A DNA stretch of 64,000 nucleotides from assembly GCA_022600345.1 (NCBI GenBank), contig JAHZKP010000039.1:10089-74088 (forward strand), in the 5' to 3' direction. The notes beneath the pieces were generated by a model, which saw only the letters and a program-made list of their open reading frames with translations, ran no database searches and was not told the origin of the DNA. A program made the translations under genes and the position numbers. The DNA is from Alphaproteobacteria bacterium (GTDB taxonomy: Bacteria > Pseudomonadota > Alphaproteobacteria > Rhizobiales > Hyphomicrobiaceae). Positions 52,524 to 62,089 of the stretch are shown in pieces; the stretch's first letter is position 1; each line of letters begins with the position of its first letter.

Positions 52524-53114
52524 TCAAGAGGGCAAGGCGGCGATGGCGGCGAGGCGTGCCTTCAGGTCGGTGGCAATGGTTTTGGCGGCCCGGTTCTCAG
52601 CATCGTGGCGGGCGCGGACGTTTGAGTAGATCGAGTCAAAGCGTTCGAAGCCGGCGCGGGCGTAGCTGGTTCCCGACAAAATGACGGATTTGTCGGAGAC
52701 GCGTGTCAACTTGAATTTGGCATCCAGGCTGTAGACTTGGCTCCTGGCATCGCCGGTGCGCGCGACCAGGGTCGAGGTGACCTTCTCGCGGATGGCGATC
52801 TCAAGCTTGTATTCCGGCGGTAAGGGTTGGGCGCCACCATTCGCCTTGAAAATCAACTCATTGCGGATCTGCTGGCCAACCCGGCCGGGAATTGGCGAAA
52901 TCTTGATTTTCTTGAGTTTCTCAGATGCAGGCGTCATGCCAGCGAAGTCGGCGTGAACCGGCCGGAAGCCGTTGCCACAGGCCGTCAAAATCGGAGCAAT
53001 CAGAAGAATGGCGAGGCAAGCAGACAATGCAGTCGCGGGGCCATGCGCGAAACGGCGGTGGGTGACCTGACGGCGGGTGGGGACGATGCCCTTTTGCTGC
53101 TCAAACGACGACAT
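52524..53114 (-). CDS. lptE: LPS assembly lipoprotein LptE
   Basis: Lipobox [34 protein letters not shown]; sits between leuS and holA. The true start may be slightly downstream. Confidence 0.85.
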   Translation of the reverse strand: MSSFEQQKGIVPTRRQVTHRRFAHGPATALSACLAILLIAPILTACGNGFRPVHADFAGMTPASEKLKKIKISPIPGRVGQQIRNELIFKANGGAQPLPPEYKLEIAIREKVTSTLVARTGDARSQVYSLDAKFKLTRVSDKSVILSGTSYARAGFERFDSIYSNVRARHDAENRAAKTIATDLKARLAAIAALPS

Positions 53115-55791
53115 TTACAATCCTTTGCGGGACGACGATGACTTTTTTAGGTTGTCGTCCCTCCATAGCGCGATGAATCGTTTCAAGAGCAAGGGCGGCC
53201 GCTTCCACCTCTTCCTTGGAGGCATCCCGGGCGATCTTGAGTTCGTCACGACGCTTACCATTCACCTGTACGGCAATGGTGATCTCATCGTCAACGAGCA
53301 AGGCGGCTTCGGCCTGTGGCCAAGGCTGATTGGTTATGAGGGTGTTGTAACCGAGCCGCGACCAGCACTCTTCAGCAAGATGCGGCATCATGGGTGCGAA
53401 CATCTGGACAGTCAGTTCGGCGGCTTCGCGCATGGCCCAATCGTGGCCGTTTCCGGACTTTTGCACCGCTGACGCCAGTACATTAGCCAATTCGTATAAC
53501 GAGGCGACGGCGACGTTGAACCGTAGTCCTTCGATGTTGCGGCCGACGTTGTGGAGCGTTTTGTGGACGGCGCGGCGCAGTTCGGTCGCTTCAGGGCCGA
53601 ATTCGGTGGGTTTTGGTGTGTCCCTGGGTGCGGCTTTTTGCTCCAATTCGCCGATCAGCCGCCAGATTCGCTGAACGTAGCGCCGTGCGCCTTCGACGCC
53701 GACGTCGGTATAGATGACATCGCGCTCGGGCGGGCTGTCGGAAAGGACAAACCAGCGGGCGGTGTCGGCACCGTAATTGCCGATGAATTCATCCAGGTCG
53801 ATGACGTTCTTCTTTGATTTCGACATCTTCTCGATTGGGCCGATTGTGACCGGTTCGCCGGTACTTGTCTGTTTGGCGGACCGCGATTTGCCATCGCCTT
53901 CCAGGGTTACATCCTCAGGCGGCAGCCACGCGCCGTCAGATGACTTGTAGGTTTCGTGGGTGACCATGCCCTGGGTAAACAGGGCGGCGAAGGGTTCACG
54001 GAGCTTTTCTGCGGAGGCTTTTTGCTTCTTTTTCCTGCCGTCCTTGGCGTTGGAGGCCCCTGAGTTGGGTGCATGTCCCGAATCCGACATGGCGCGGAAG
54101 AAGAAGCGCGAATAAAGCAGGTGCAAAATGGCGTGCTCGACGCCGCCGATGTACTGGTCGACGGGCAGCCAGTAGCCGGCGGCTTTGGCGTCTACAGGCT
54201 TGTCGGCGTGGGGTGCTGTGAAGCGGACATAGTACCAGGACGAGTCGACGAAGGTGTCCATGGTGTCGGTTTCGCGGCGTGCGGGCTTGCCGCACTTCGG
54301 GCAGTCGACCTTGGACCATGTGGGGTGATGATCGAGCGGGTTGCCGGGCTTATCGAAGGTTGCGTCCGAGGGGAGTTCAACCGGCAGATCGGCATCTGGA
54401 ACCGGAACAACGCCGCAATCATCGCAATGGATGATGGGGATTGGGCAGCCCCAGTAGCGCTGGCGGGAAACGCCCCAGTCGCGGAGGCGGAAGTTGGTTT
54501 TGCGGGTGGCGACGGGTTGGCCGCCAAGCTCCATCTTTTCCAGCCGCGAGACGACTTCATTGAAGGCAGCCTTGGGGTCGAGCCCGTTTAGGAACTGCGA
54601 GTTGATCATGGTGCCATCGCCGTCAGCCGCCTGGTCGCCGATTTCGAAGGTGGCGGTGTCCTCGCCCTTGGGCAGGATGACAGGTGTTACGGGTAAATCG
54701 TAGGCGCGGGCGAAGTCGAGATCGCGCTGGTCGCCTGAGGGGCAGCCGAAAATGGCGCCGGTGCCGTAGTCCATGAGGACAAAGTTAGCGACCCAGACGG
54801 GCAACAGCCATGTGGGATCTAGCGGGTGGTGCACGCGAATGCCGGTGTCGAAGCCTTTTTTCTCCGCGCTTTCCAGGTCGGCGACTGAAGTCCCCAGGCT
54901 GCGGCATTCCTCGCAGAATTCAGCCAGATCGGCGTTCTTCTCGGCTGCTGCGCGGGCGATTGGGTGGTCGGCGGCAATCGCCAGGAAGGATGCGCCAAAC
55001 AGGGTGTCGGGCCGGGTCGTGAAGACCTCGATTTCATCGATTTTCGTGGCTTTGACGGCATTTGGTGTGGAGTCTTCATCGAGCGCCCAGCGAATGGTGG
55101 CACCTTCCGACTTGCCGATCCAGTTGGCCTGCATGATGCGGACCTTTTCGGGCCACTGGTCGAGGCCATCGAGTGCCTCGAGCAATTCGTCGGCGTATTT
55201 GGTGATGCGGAAGAACCATTGCGTCAGTTCGCGCTGTTCGACGGGAGCGCCTGAGCGCCAGCCGCAGCCGTCGATAACCTGTTCGTTGGCAAGCACCGTG
55301 TTATCGACGGGGTCCCAGTTGACCTTTGACGATTTGCGATAAACCAGATCGGTGCCCAGCATGTCGAGGAACAGCTTCTGCTGGTGTTTGTAGTAATCGA
55401 CGTCGCAAGTGGCGAACTCGCGCTCCCAATCGATGGCAAAGCCCATGGACTGGAGTTGGTCGCGCATGGCGCCGATGTTCTGGTTCGTCCAGGCGCCGGG
55501 GTGGACCTTGCGCTCCATGGCGGCATTTTCAGCAGGCATGCCGAATGCGTCCCAGCCCATCGGGTGGAGGACGTTAAATCCCTTGGCGCGTTTGTAGCGG
55601 GCCAGCACATCGCCCATCGTATAGTTGCGCGAGTGGCCGACATGGATGCGCCCTGAAGGGTATGGGAACATCTCGAGGATGTAGGCCTTGGGGCGATCGG
55701 CATCTTCGCTGGCTGCGAACAGGTCGGCTTCCTGCCACACCTTTTGCCAGTGCTTTTCAGAAACGGGTGCGTTGTAGCGTTCGGCTGCCAT
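53101..55791 (-). CDS. leuS: Leucine--tRNA ligase
   Basis: [13 protein letters not shown] (HIGH), [23 protein letters not shown] and KMSKS. Confidence 0.97.
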   Translation of the reverse strand: MAAERYNAPVSEKHWQKVWQEADLFAASEDADRPKAYILEMFPYPSGRIHVGHSRNYTMGDVLARYKRAKGFNVLHPMGWDAFGMPAENAAMERKVHPGAWTNQNIGAMRDQLQSMGFAIDWEREFATCDVDYYKHQQKLFLDMLGTDLVYRKSSKVNWDPVDNTVLANEQVIDGCGWRSGAPVEQRELTQWFFRITKYADELLEALDGLDQWPEKVRIMQANWIGKSEGATIRWALDEDSTPNAVKATKIDEIEVFTTRPDTLFGASFLAIAADHPIARAAAEKNADLAEFCEECRSLGTSVADLESAEKKGFDTGIRVHHPLDPTWLLPVWVANFVLMDYGTGAIFGCPSGDQRDLDFARAYDLPVTPVILPKGEDTATFEIGDQAADGDGTMINSQFLNGLDPKAAFNEVVSRLEKMELGGQPVATRKTNFRLRDWGVSRQRYWGCPIPIIHCDDCGVVPVPDADLPVELPSDATFDKPGNPLDHHPTWSKVDCPKCGKPARRETDTMDTFVDSSWYYVRFTAPHADKPVDAKAAGYWLPVDQYIGGVEHAILHLLYSRFFFRAMSDSGHAPNSGASNAKDGRKKKQKASAEKLREPFAALFTQGMVTHETYKSSDGAWLPPEDVTLEGDGKSRSAKQTSTGEPVTIGPIEKMSKSKKNVIDLDEFIGNYGADTARWFVLSDSPPERDVIYTDVGVEGARRYVQRIWRLIGELEQKAAPRDTPKPTEFGPEATELRRAVHKTLHNVGRNIEGLRFNVAVASLYELANVLASAVQKSGNGHDWAMREAAELTVQMFAPMMPHLAEECWSRLGYNTLITNQPWPQAEAALLVDDEITIAVQVNGKRRDELKIARDASKEEVEAAALALETIHRAMEGRQPKKVIVVPQRIVNVVV

Positions 55792-55812
55792 GGATAGGTT
55801 CTTTGTTATTTG

Positions 55813-55912
55813 CCCAACACTTCCTAAAGTCGTGTTGGAGCGAGTTTACCCAACACTTCCCAAAGTCGTGTTGGAGTGAGTTTACCCAACACTTTCCGAG
55901 GTTGTGTTGGAG
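55813..55912. repeat. Three tandem REP-like palindromes CCAACA-N13-TGTTGG, period 36 bp
   Basis: Copies start at 55813, 55849 and 55885, separated by near-identical (c/t)gagttta linkers. Confidence 0.9.
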
Positions 55913-56104
55913 GGGCTTGCCAGACATCGGGTAAGCCCGAGTTTGTGCTTTTCGGCTTTAATCGCTGATGTCGCGCGGGAGATGACCGCAAAGGCAAGCC
56001 AGGGTCAAGCGTGAGGTTTCCCAGGCCAGCATGTGTCGACAGAATGATATGGTTTGGGCGCATCCTGATTGAATTGTTGATGCCTTGGACCCGCTTGCTG
56101 ATAT

Positions 56105-56277
56105 ATGTCGATATTTTTTGCTTTTGTCGACACATTTGTCGGGATATGTCGTTTGCGTCGACACAATGCCGAAAACGTGTGTGAAAAACCCCATTTTAGC
56201 GACATATTGCAGCCGAAGTGGCGACGGCGCTAGCATGTTGGACTATGTATGTCGATGGAATTTGTTTAAATCGACAT
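56105..56277. promoter_or_regulatory. Candidate operator boxes upstream of fic (ATGTCGAT-N13-ATCGACAT)
   Basis: Inverted repeats at 56105-56133 and 56249-56277, both with 13-nt spacers; extra half-sites at 56144 and 56200. Confidence 0.5.
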
Positions 56278-56291
56278 ATTGGCTACGATAG

Positions 56292-57419
56292 ATGCCCTTT
56301 GATCCCAGTCAGCCATACAACGCACTTCCCGATCTGCCCCCAGAGGTCGAGCTTGAGACCAAGCGTGTCCTTAAGGCCTGTGTGGGCGCAAGGACGGCCT
56401 TGGCTGAACTGCGTCTTGCAGGTCAGCTTATCCCCAATGAAGATGTGCTGATAAATACGATTCCGCTTCTTGAGGCCAAAGACAGCTCAGAAATAGAAAA
56501 CATCGTCACAACCAACGATGCACTGTTTCGAGAAGCAAGCCATCCCAGTGCAGACAGCGACCCAAATACGAAAGAGGCGCTCCGGTATCGTGCGGCGCTC
56601 TACAATGGAGTTGGGTCCTTGAAGGAACGTCCGCTGTCCACGAGAGCTACACTCGAAATTGTCAGCGAGATAAAAGGCGTTGACATGGATCTTAGGACCA
56701 CGCCTGGGACAACTCTGCGAAATGCACACACTGGGGAAGTCATTTACACGCCCCCTGAGGGAGAAGAGCGGTTGCGCGATCTCATGGCTAACTGGGAGCA
56801 GTTCGTTCATCGTGAGGACGATCTTGATCCACTCGTGCGCATGGCGGTCCTGCACTACCAGTTCGAGGCAATCCACCCATTCACAGACGGCAACGGTAGG
56901 ACAGGCCGGATTCTCAATGTCTTAGTGCTCATCGAGGCAGGTCTTTTGGATATCCCGACGCTTTATCTTAGCCGACATATCTTGCGGACAAAGGGTGACT
57001 ATTATCGATTGCTGGAAGCGGTGACAAAAGGCGGCGCCTGGGAGGCGTGGGTCCTATACATGCTCAAGGCTGTTGAAGAAACGGCTGGTTGGACAAATCA
57101 ACGAATCAGGGCCATCCGACTACTCATTGATGATACTTCCGATTACGTCCAGCATAAGTTGCCGAAGATCCATTCACATGAATTGATCCAGTTGATTTTT
57201 GCATTGCCCTACACGCGGATTTCGCATCTTGTCGCAAGCGGAATCGCAAAGCGTCAGGCGGCCTCTACTTATTTAAAGGAGTTGGCTGAAGCCGGCGTTC
57301 TTGAAGAGGAAAAAGTTGGCCGGGATAAGATTTTCGTGCATCGCAAGTACATGGAATTGCTCGCTTCGGACGGCAACGAATTCGCGCCTTACCCCAAGCT
57401 CAATGAAAACAGGGCATAG
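56292..57419 (+). CDS. fic: Class II Fic protein adenylyltransferase (SoFic-like)
   Basis: HPFTDGNGRTGR catalytic loop; SSEIEN inhibitory motif; C-terminal wHTH-like region (RQAASTYLKEL...GVLEEEKVGR). Confidence 0.92.
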   Translation: MPFDPSQPYNALPDLPPEVELETKRVLKACVGARTALAELRLAGQLIPNEDVLINTIPLLEAKDSSEIENIVTTNDALFREASHPSADSDPNTKEALRYRAALYNGVGSLKERPLSTRATLEIVSEIKGVDMDLRTTPGTTLRNAHTGEVIYTPPEGEERLRDLMANWEQFVHREDDLDPLVRMAVLHYQFEAIHPFTDGNGRTGRILNVLVLIEAGLLDIPTLYLSRHILRTKGDYYRLLEAVTKGGAWEAWVLYMLKAVEETAGWTNQRIRAIRLLIDDTSDYVQHKLPKIHSHELIQLIFALPYTRISHLVASGIAKRQAASTYLKELAEAGVLEEEKVGRDKIFVHRKYMELLASDGNEFAPYPKLNENRA

Positions 57420-57423
57420 GCCA

Positions 57424-58092
57424 ATGATCACCGATTCAGTGCATACTCTCGCTGCGACGAAGGAGAAGTTGGCTGCGGCTGCTTCAGGTGTCGGACGGGA
57501 TGTTCGCGATGTCACATTGATTGCTGTTTCCAAGACGTTTGTGGCGGAAGATATCCGGCCGGTCTTGGAGGCGGGGCATCGGCATTTCGGTGAAAACCGC
57601 GTTCAGGAAGCGTTTGGAAAATGGCCTGGGCTGAGGCAGGAATATCCCGACGTGACCTTGCATTTGATCGGGCCGCTTCAATCCAACAAGGCGCGCGAAG
57701 CAGTCGAGTTGTTCGACGTTATTCATACAGTGGACCGGCCAAAGATCGCGCGGGCTTTGGCCAAGGAGATGGAGCGTCAGGGAAAGCGGCCGCAACTCTT
57801 CATCCAGGTCAACACGGGGGAAGAGGAGCAAAAGGCCGGGATGTTTCCTGGTGACGTGGCAGGCCTGCTGGCGTTGTGCCGCGATAAGTTGGGGTTGGAG
57901 ATTTCGGGGCTGATGTGCATCCCGCCGGTCGATGAGGAGCCGGCGATCCACTTTGCGTTTTTGGCCAAGCTGGCGAATGAGTTGGGGTTATCGGGCCTCA
58001 GCATGGGGATGTCTGGGGATTTCGAGACGGCCGTTCAGCTTGGCGCGACCCATGTCCGAGTCGGTTCGGCGATATTCGGGGAACGGGATTAG
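57424..58092 (+). CDS. yggS: Pyridoxal phosphate homeostasis protein
   Basis: LIAVSKT, FGENRVQE, HLIGPLQSNK, GLMCIPP and LSMGMSGDF...HVRVGSAIFG motifs. Confidence 0.95.
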   Translation: MITDSVHTLAATKEKLAAAASGVGRDVRDVTLIAVSKTFVAEDIRPVLEAGHRHFGENRVQEAFGKWPGLRQEYPDVTLHLIGPLQSNKAREAVELFDVIHTVDRPKIARALAKEMERQGKRPQLFIQVNTGEEEQKAGMFPGDVAGLLALCRDKLGLEISGLMCIPPVDEEPAIHFAFLAKLANELGLSGLSMGMSGDFETAVQLGATHVRVGSAIFGERD

Positions 58093-58225
58093 TAATAACT
58101 GTTCTGCCGATAAGTTGGGGAATACTGGGGGAGTGGGCTGTTCGTAAGCTGTTTATAAGATGTTAACGTTTCCAATCAGTGATTCGCGTTAGTGCAGGCG
58201 TCCGAAATGAAGATTGGAAGCGGGC

Positions 58226-59143
58226 ATGGCAGCTACGAGCGCGACCCTGGCAGAAGCTAATGCAGCAGCAGCTGATGCTGCGCGTGAAGTGCGCGCAGAG
58301 GTTATGCAGCGCAAAAAGGCCGGTGAAGAGACGGATGGCGGCGAGCCTAAAGTTTCGCGGCGCTGGTCGCGGGCTTCGACCTCCGACAAGGAATGGCACA
58401 AATTCGTCATTGATGTCTGGCTGACGGATCTCAACCCGACAGAGTTCGGCGTATTCAAGCGCTCGCGCAACCGCGCCAGATCGCGCCAGTTTACCCAGGA
58501 CATGGATATCTATGCCGACGTGATCGAGAACGGAGAGCGGACCGGACTGATCGGTTACCGCAAGACACCGTGGAAGAAGAACAAGGGTATGGATCGCCGG
58601 CTGGTGTTCAAGCTGTTCACCAAGAGCATGGGTTGGCGGGCGACGATGGACCTGATGATTGGGCGAAGTCTGCAACTGACCATGGGTTCACGCGGGCTTC
58701 CGGTGACCGCCTATTCGATCAACACCGATGACGATGATTTCATGATCTATCTTGAGCGCTCTGCGTTCAAGTGGCCGCTGATGCCCGAGCACTTCTCGTT
58801 CTTCCTGATGAAGGACGGTAAGCCGGAGTTCTACCGTTTGCAGCGCGCCTTCATCAATGTGGGCGGCGACTACACGCTGTATGACCAGAACAACAAGAAG
58901 ATTGGCTATATCGACGGGCAGATCACGTCGATTGCTGGCAAGTGGAAATGCGGGCTGCTGAAAGAGCACGCCGACAAGAAGCTCTTGACGACGCTGAAGC
59001 TGTTTGCATCGATGGTGATCTTCAATCGCGGCGCCCGTTGGCATATCTGGCGGCTTTGGAAAGATGTCATCGCGGGCAGGCTGGAGCCGGATCTGGAGCA
59101 TCAGGAATCGGATCTCTACAAGAACCCCCGGCGGGTGCGCTAA
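58226..59143 (+). CDS. Hypothetical protein, C-terminal LURP-one/Tubby-C-like region
   Basis: FYRLQRAFINVGGDYTLYDQNNKKIGYIDGQITSIAGKW...LKLFASM resembles LURP1/scramblase-fold strands and terminal helix; host-like codon usage. Confidence 0.65.
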   Translation: MAATSATLAEANAAAADAAREVRAEVMQRKKAGEETDGGEPKVSRRWSRASTSDKEWHKFVIDVWLTDLNPTEFGVFKRSRNRARSRQFTQDMDIYADVIENGERTGLIGYRKTPWKKNKGMDRRLVFKLFTKSMGWRATMDLMIGRSLQLTMGSRGLPVTAYSINTDDDDFMIYLERSAFKWPLMPEHFSFFLMKDGKPEFYRLQRAFINVGGDYTLYDQNNKKIGYIDGQITSIAGKWKCGLLKEHADKKLLTTLKLFASMVIFNRGARWHIWRLWKDVIAGRLEPDLEHQESDLYKNPRRVR

Positions 59144-59177
59144 CGGCGCTGTGCCGCTCGACCCTGCAATTCGAAAG

Positions 59178-59208
59178 AAGCGATCCGGTTCCGTCCGGGT
59201 CGCTTTTT
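59178..59208 (+). terminator. Intrinsic terminator
   Basis: AAGCGATCCGG-ttccgt-CCGGGTCGCTTTTT. Confidence 0.75.
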
Positions 59209-59477
59209 CGTTGCGCAATCGAGCCCTGTTTGACGCCCACTTTGCCAACAATTCGGGCAAACCTATTGGGCAAAGAGCTTAATTTTCAGGCAATTTGAAA
59301 TTGCACCCAAGTTTTCCGCATTAGCCGCTTTGCACATCCCGATCCTATGCGTAATAGAGCATTCACAGATAGCCGCTTTTCTAGGCAACTGCTCGTTGTG
59401 CGGGCAGTCGATCGCCGATTTTTTCGAGGCCCTTGTGGCCTTTTGGAAAAGCCATAAACTGCGCATTGGGGGACTGA

Positions 59478-60716
59478 ATGGAGCAGCTACAACAGGGTTC
59501 GGACGTATTCTTTTTATTGGTGGGTGCGATTCTCGTTTTTGCCATGCACGGCGGATTCGCATTCCTCGAGGTCGGAACGGTTCGCCACAAGAACCAGGTC
59601 AACGCCTTGGTGAAGATCCTCGTTGATTTCGCCATCTCGACAGTGACGTACTTCTTTATCGGTTACTGGGTCGCTTACGGAGTGACGTTCCTTGTCAGCG
59701 CATCGGCTTTGACGGGTGCTGGTGGCGGGGAAGTGTTCGGGCCGCAGGGGATCTCGCTTGTTAAGTTCTTCTTCCTTTGCACCTTTGCTGCGGCGATCCC
59801 GGCGATTGTGTCGGGCGGCATTGCAGAGCGGGCGCGGTTCTGGCCGCAGTGTCTGGCAACAGCGCTGATCGTCGGCATCGGTTATCCGCTGATCGAAGGA
59901 ACGGTGTGGAATTCCAACTTCGGCATGCAGGCGGGTCTGTTCAAAGGCATGCTTGGGGCTGACTTCCATGACTTCGCAGGCTCGATTGTGGTTCACGCGT
60001 TCGGTGGATGGGTGGCGCTGGGCGCTGTCATGAAGCTTGGTGCGCGTGCGGGGCGCTACGACAAGGGCGGCATTCAGGGTATTCCGCCATCGTCGATCCC
60101 CTGGCTTGCCATGGGTTCCTGGATGCTGTGCGTGGGTTGGTTTGGCTTCAACGTCATGAGTGCACAGAGCCTGTCTGGTGTTTCGGGCCTCGTTGCGATG
60201 AACTCGTTGATGGCGATGGCTGGTGGAATTCTGGCTGCGCTGGTCGTCGGCCGGAACGACCCCGGCTTTGTGCACAACGGCGCGCTGGCAGGACTGGTCG
60301 CAGTATGTGCGGGTTCAGACGTGATGCATCCGGTTGGGTCGCTGGTCACGGGCATCATTGCCGGTGTCATCTTCGTGCAGATGTTCCAGATGGCTCAGAA
60401 CAAGTGGAAGATCGATGACGTTCTGGGTGTTTGGCCATTGCACGGGCTGTGCGGCCTGTGGGGCGGTATTGCCTGCGGGATCTTCGGTCTTGAAGCGCTC
60501 GGCGGTATTGGCGGCGTTTCGTTTGGCAGCCAGCTTGTTGGGTCGCTTCTGGGTTCGGCCTACGGGCTTGTTGCCGGCCTCGTGATCTACACGGTTGCCG
60601 ATCTAGCGGGCGGCGGTCTGCGCATGAGCGATGAAGACCAGCGCCGCGGCGCCGACCTGGCGATCCACAAGATCTCTGCCAATCCGGAAGAAGATGTGCG
60701 CATGGGCCGGGTTTGA
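59478..60716 (+). CDS. Second ammonium transporter (Amt family, not glnK-linked)
   Basis: AMHGGFAFLEVG, DFAGSIVVH, WFGFN and DDVLGVWPLH motifs (twin His). Confidence 0.93.
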   Translation: MEQLQQGSDVFFLLVGAILVFAMHGGFAFLEVGTVRHKNQVNALVKILVDFAISTVTYFFIGYWVAYGVTFLVSASALTGAGGGEVFGPQGISLVKFFFLCTFAAAIPAIVSGGIAERARFWPQCLATALIVGIGYPLIEGTVWNSNFGMQAGLFKGMLGADFHDFAGSIVVHAFGGWVALGAVMKLGARAGRYDKGGIQGIPPSSIPWLAMGSWMLCVGWFGFNVMSAQSLSGVSGLVAMNSLMAMAGGILAALVVGRNDPGFVHNGALAGLVAVCAGSDVMHPVGSLVTGIIAGVIFVQMFQMAQNKWKIDDVLGVWPLHGLCGLWGGIACGIFGLEALGGIGGVSFGSQLVGSLLGSAYGLVAGLVIYTVADLAGGGLRMSDEDQRRGADLAIHKISANPEEDVRMGRV

Positions 60717-60754
60717 TCCTGTGCGGACCCCACTGAGGGCCTGAGAAAATAGGA

Positions 60755-60784
60755 GGGGCGGTCACTGCTGTGGCTGCCCTTTTT
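60755..60784 (+). terminator. Intrinsic terminator after the second amt
   Basis: GGGCGGTCAC-tgct-GTGGCTGCCC followed by TTTTT. Confidence 0.7.
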
Positions 60785-60789
60785 GTCTG

Positions 60790-61041
60790 TTGGGGGAGGT
60801 GGTTAATTTCCATGATCCGGCTGAGTTGTACCCCTATTCCAAAAAGGGGTGCAACATCCGAGCACTGATCGTTCCAAGAGAACTTGCAAATGCCTGGCAC
60901 ACTGCATGGGAGGCAGGGCCCAAATGGCGCGAGAAGCTTGAAGATGGCAACGAGCGCCTACCGGCTGAAGTGCGGGGGATGTTGGCGGATCTTGCAAGCA
61001 GACATAAGCCGAAGCGCAGGAAGCAAAGTAAGACCGATTAG
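60790..61041 (+). CDS. Possible small hypothetical protein
   Basis: 83-aa ORF filling an intergenic gap; TTG start, no motif recognised. Confidence 0.35.
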   Translation: MGEVVNFHDPAELYPYSKKGCNIRALIVPRELANAWHTAWEAGPKWREKLEDGNERLPAEVRGMLADLASRHKPKRRKQSKTD

Positions 61042-61147
61042 ACTGTGTCCTTCGTGGTCATCATGAAATCCTATCGCATCCACCAGAAAACCAAGTTAAC
61101 CTCAGGGCAGATCGTTTATTGGTGATTGCTTTCAGATTGATGGTTTC

Positions 61148-61789
61148 ATGCTGCTTCCTCGTAATGCGGGCGTGCTCATAGTGCTGCTCCTGGCCACGTT
61201 CTTTGTGCCGGTAAAGGCATTGCCTGTATTCGGATTTTCCTGTGGTTCTCAATGTTCGGAGGTCTGCAACAGTCAGGCTGGGGAAGCCCGAAACCGATGC
61301 ACCGCCGCCTGCATCGCGCTTGCGGCGACTGCCTGCAAGGACGCGGTCCCGCCTTTGCCGGTTCGCAAAACGCCGGCTGCCAATACCGAGCCTGCGTTCT
61401 CCGGCTTTGATTTCACGACCAGCAATATGGCAGGTATTGAGAGAACAGTCATAGACGGTGAGCGAGAGCGCATACCTTTGATAGGCAGCGAGCGACCGGC
61501 CATACCAGTGGCCGTGCGCCATTGCCCACTTGACTTTGGCAGGAGGGAAGACGGCACGATTTACGAGGTGTTGAATAAGGCTTGTCTTGCCCAGCAAAGG
61601 AAGGATCTGAAAAGCGCTTGTCATTCGGTTCTGACGTGGAAGTGCCCGGCTGTCCGGCACACACGCGATGATGGCACGACTTACGAAAGGCCCGACGATA
61701 GCTGCTTCCAGCAGCGGCGGGAGAGCTTAGAGAAATTCTGGTTCTGCAGACCGATTTTCGGGGCAAGTGAGCCTGCGGGTGCGAAGTGA
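61148..61789 (+). CDS. Secreted cysteine-rich hypothetical protein with an internal repeat
   Basis: Signal peptide ending VKA; six N-terminal Cys; duplicated CP-x6-R-x-DGT-x-YE-x5-C motif. Confidence 0.7.
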   Translation: MLLPRNAGVLIVLLLATFFVPVKALPVFGFSCGSQCSEVCNSQAGEARNRCTAACIALAATACKDAVPPLPVRKTPAANTEPAFSGFDFTTSNMAGIERTVIDGERERIPLIGSERPAIPVAVRHCPLDFGRREDGTIYEVLNKACLAQQRKDLKSACHSVLTWKCPAVRHTRDDGTTYERPDDSCFQQRRESLEKFWFCRPIFGASEPAGAK

Positions 61790-62089
61790 GCTTGGCGGTC
61801 GTGTTGCTGCGACGGGGCGTTAGGAAGCCTCAGCCTCGTGGCTGCCTGTAGAAGGATCGGTAACGACGGGGCGCGCCAGACTTTGAAACTGGTGCTACCA
61901 TGGCATGGTTGGAGCCTCACCACGATCGCTGCCCCTTTTTGTTGGGTGTGTTGGTTGAGGGATTTTTTGGCGCCAATACTTGTCGAGTATATTTTATGTT
62001 GTTAGCCTCTTACCACTGTACTGGTGTTTGGCGCAAGGCGTTGTAAATGCCAATTTTATTGGGCTTTAGGGAGGGAATCTAATTCTAGT

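Noticed and set aside
55813-55912. CRISPR array candidate upstream of leuS
   Set aside because: Three 28-bp units with identical 8-bp linkers; no unique spacers, no leader or cas genes.
57301-57423. Extended yggS start overlapping fic
   Set aside because: It overlaps the fic 3' end; ATG 57424 just after the fic stop gives a normal-length YggS.
59514-60275. 253-aa minus-strand ORF
   Set aside because: Antisense shadow of the second amt gene.
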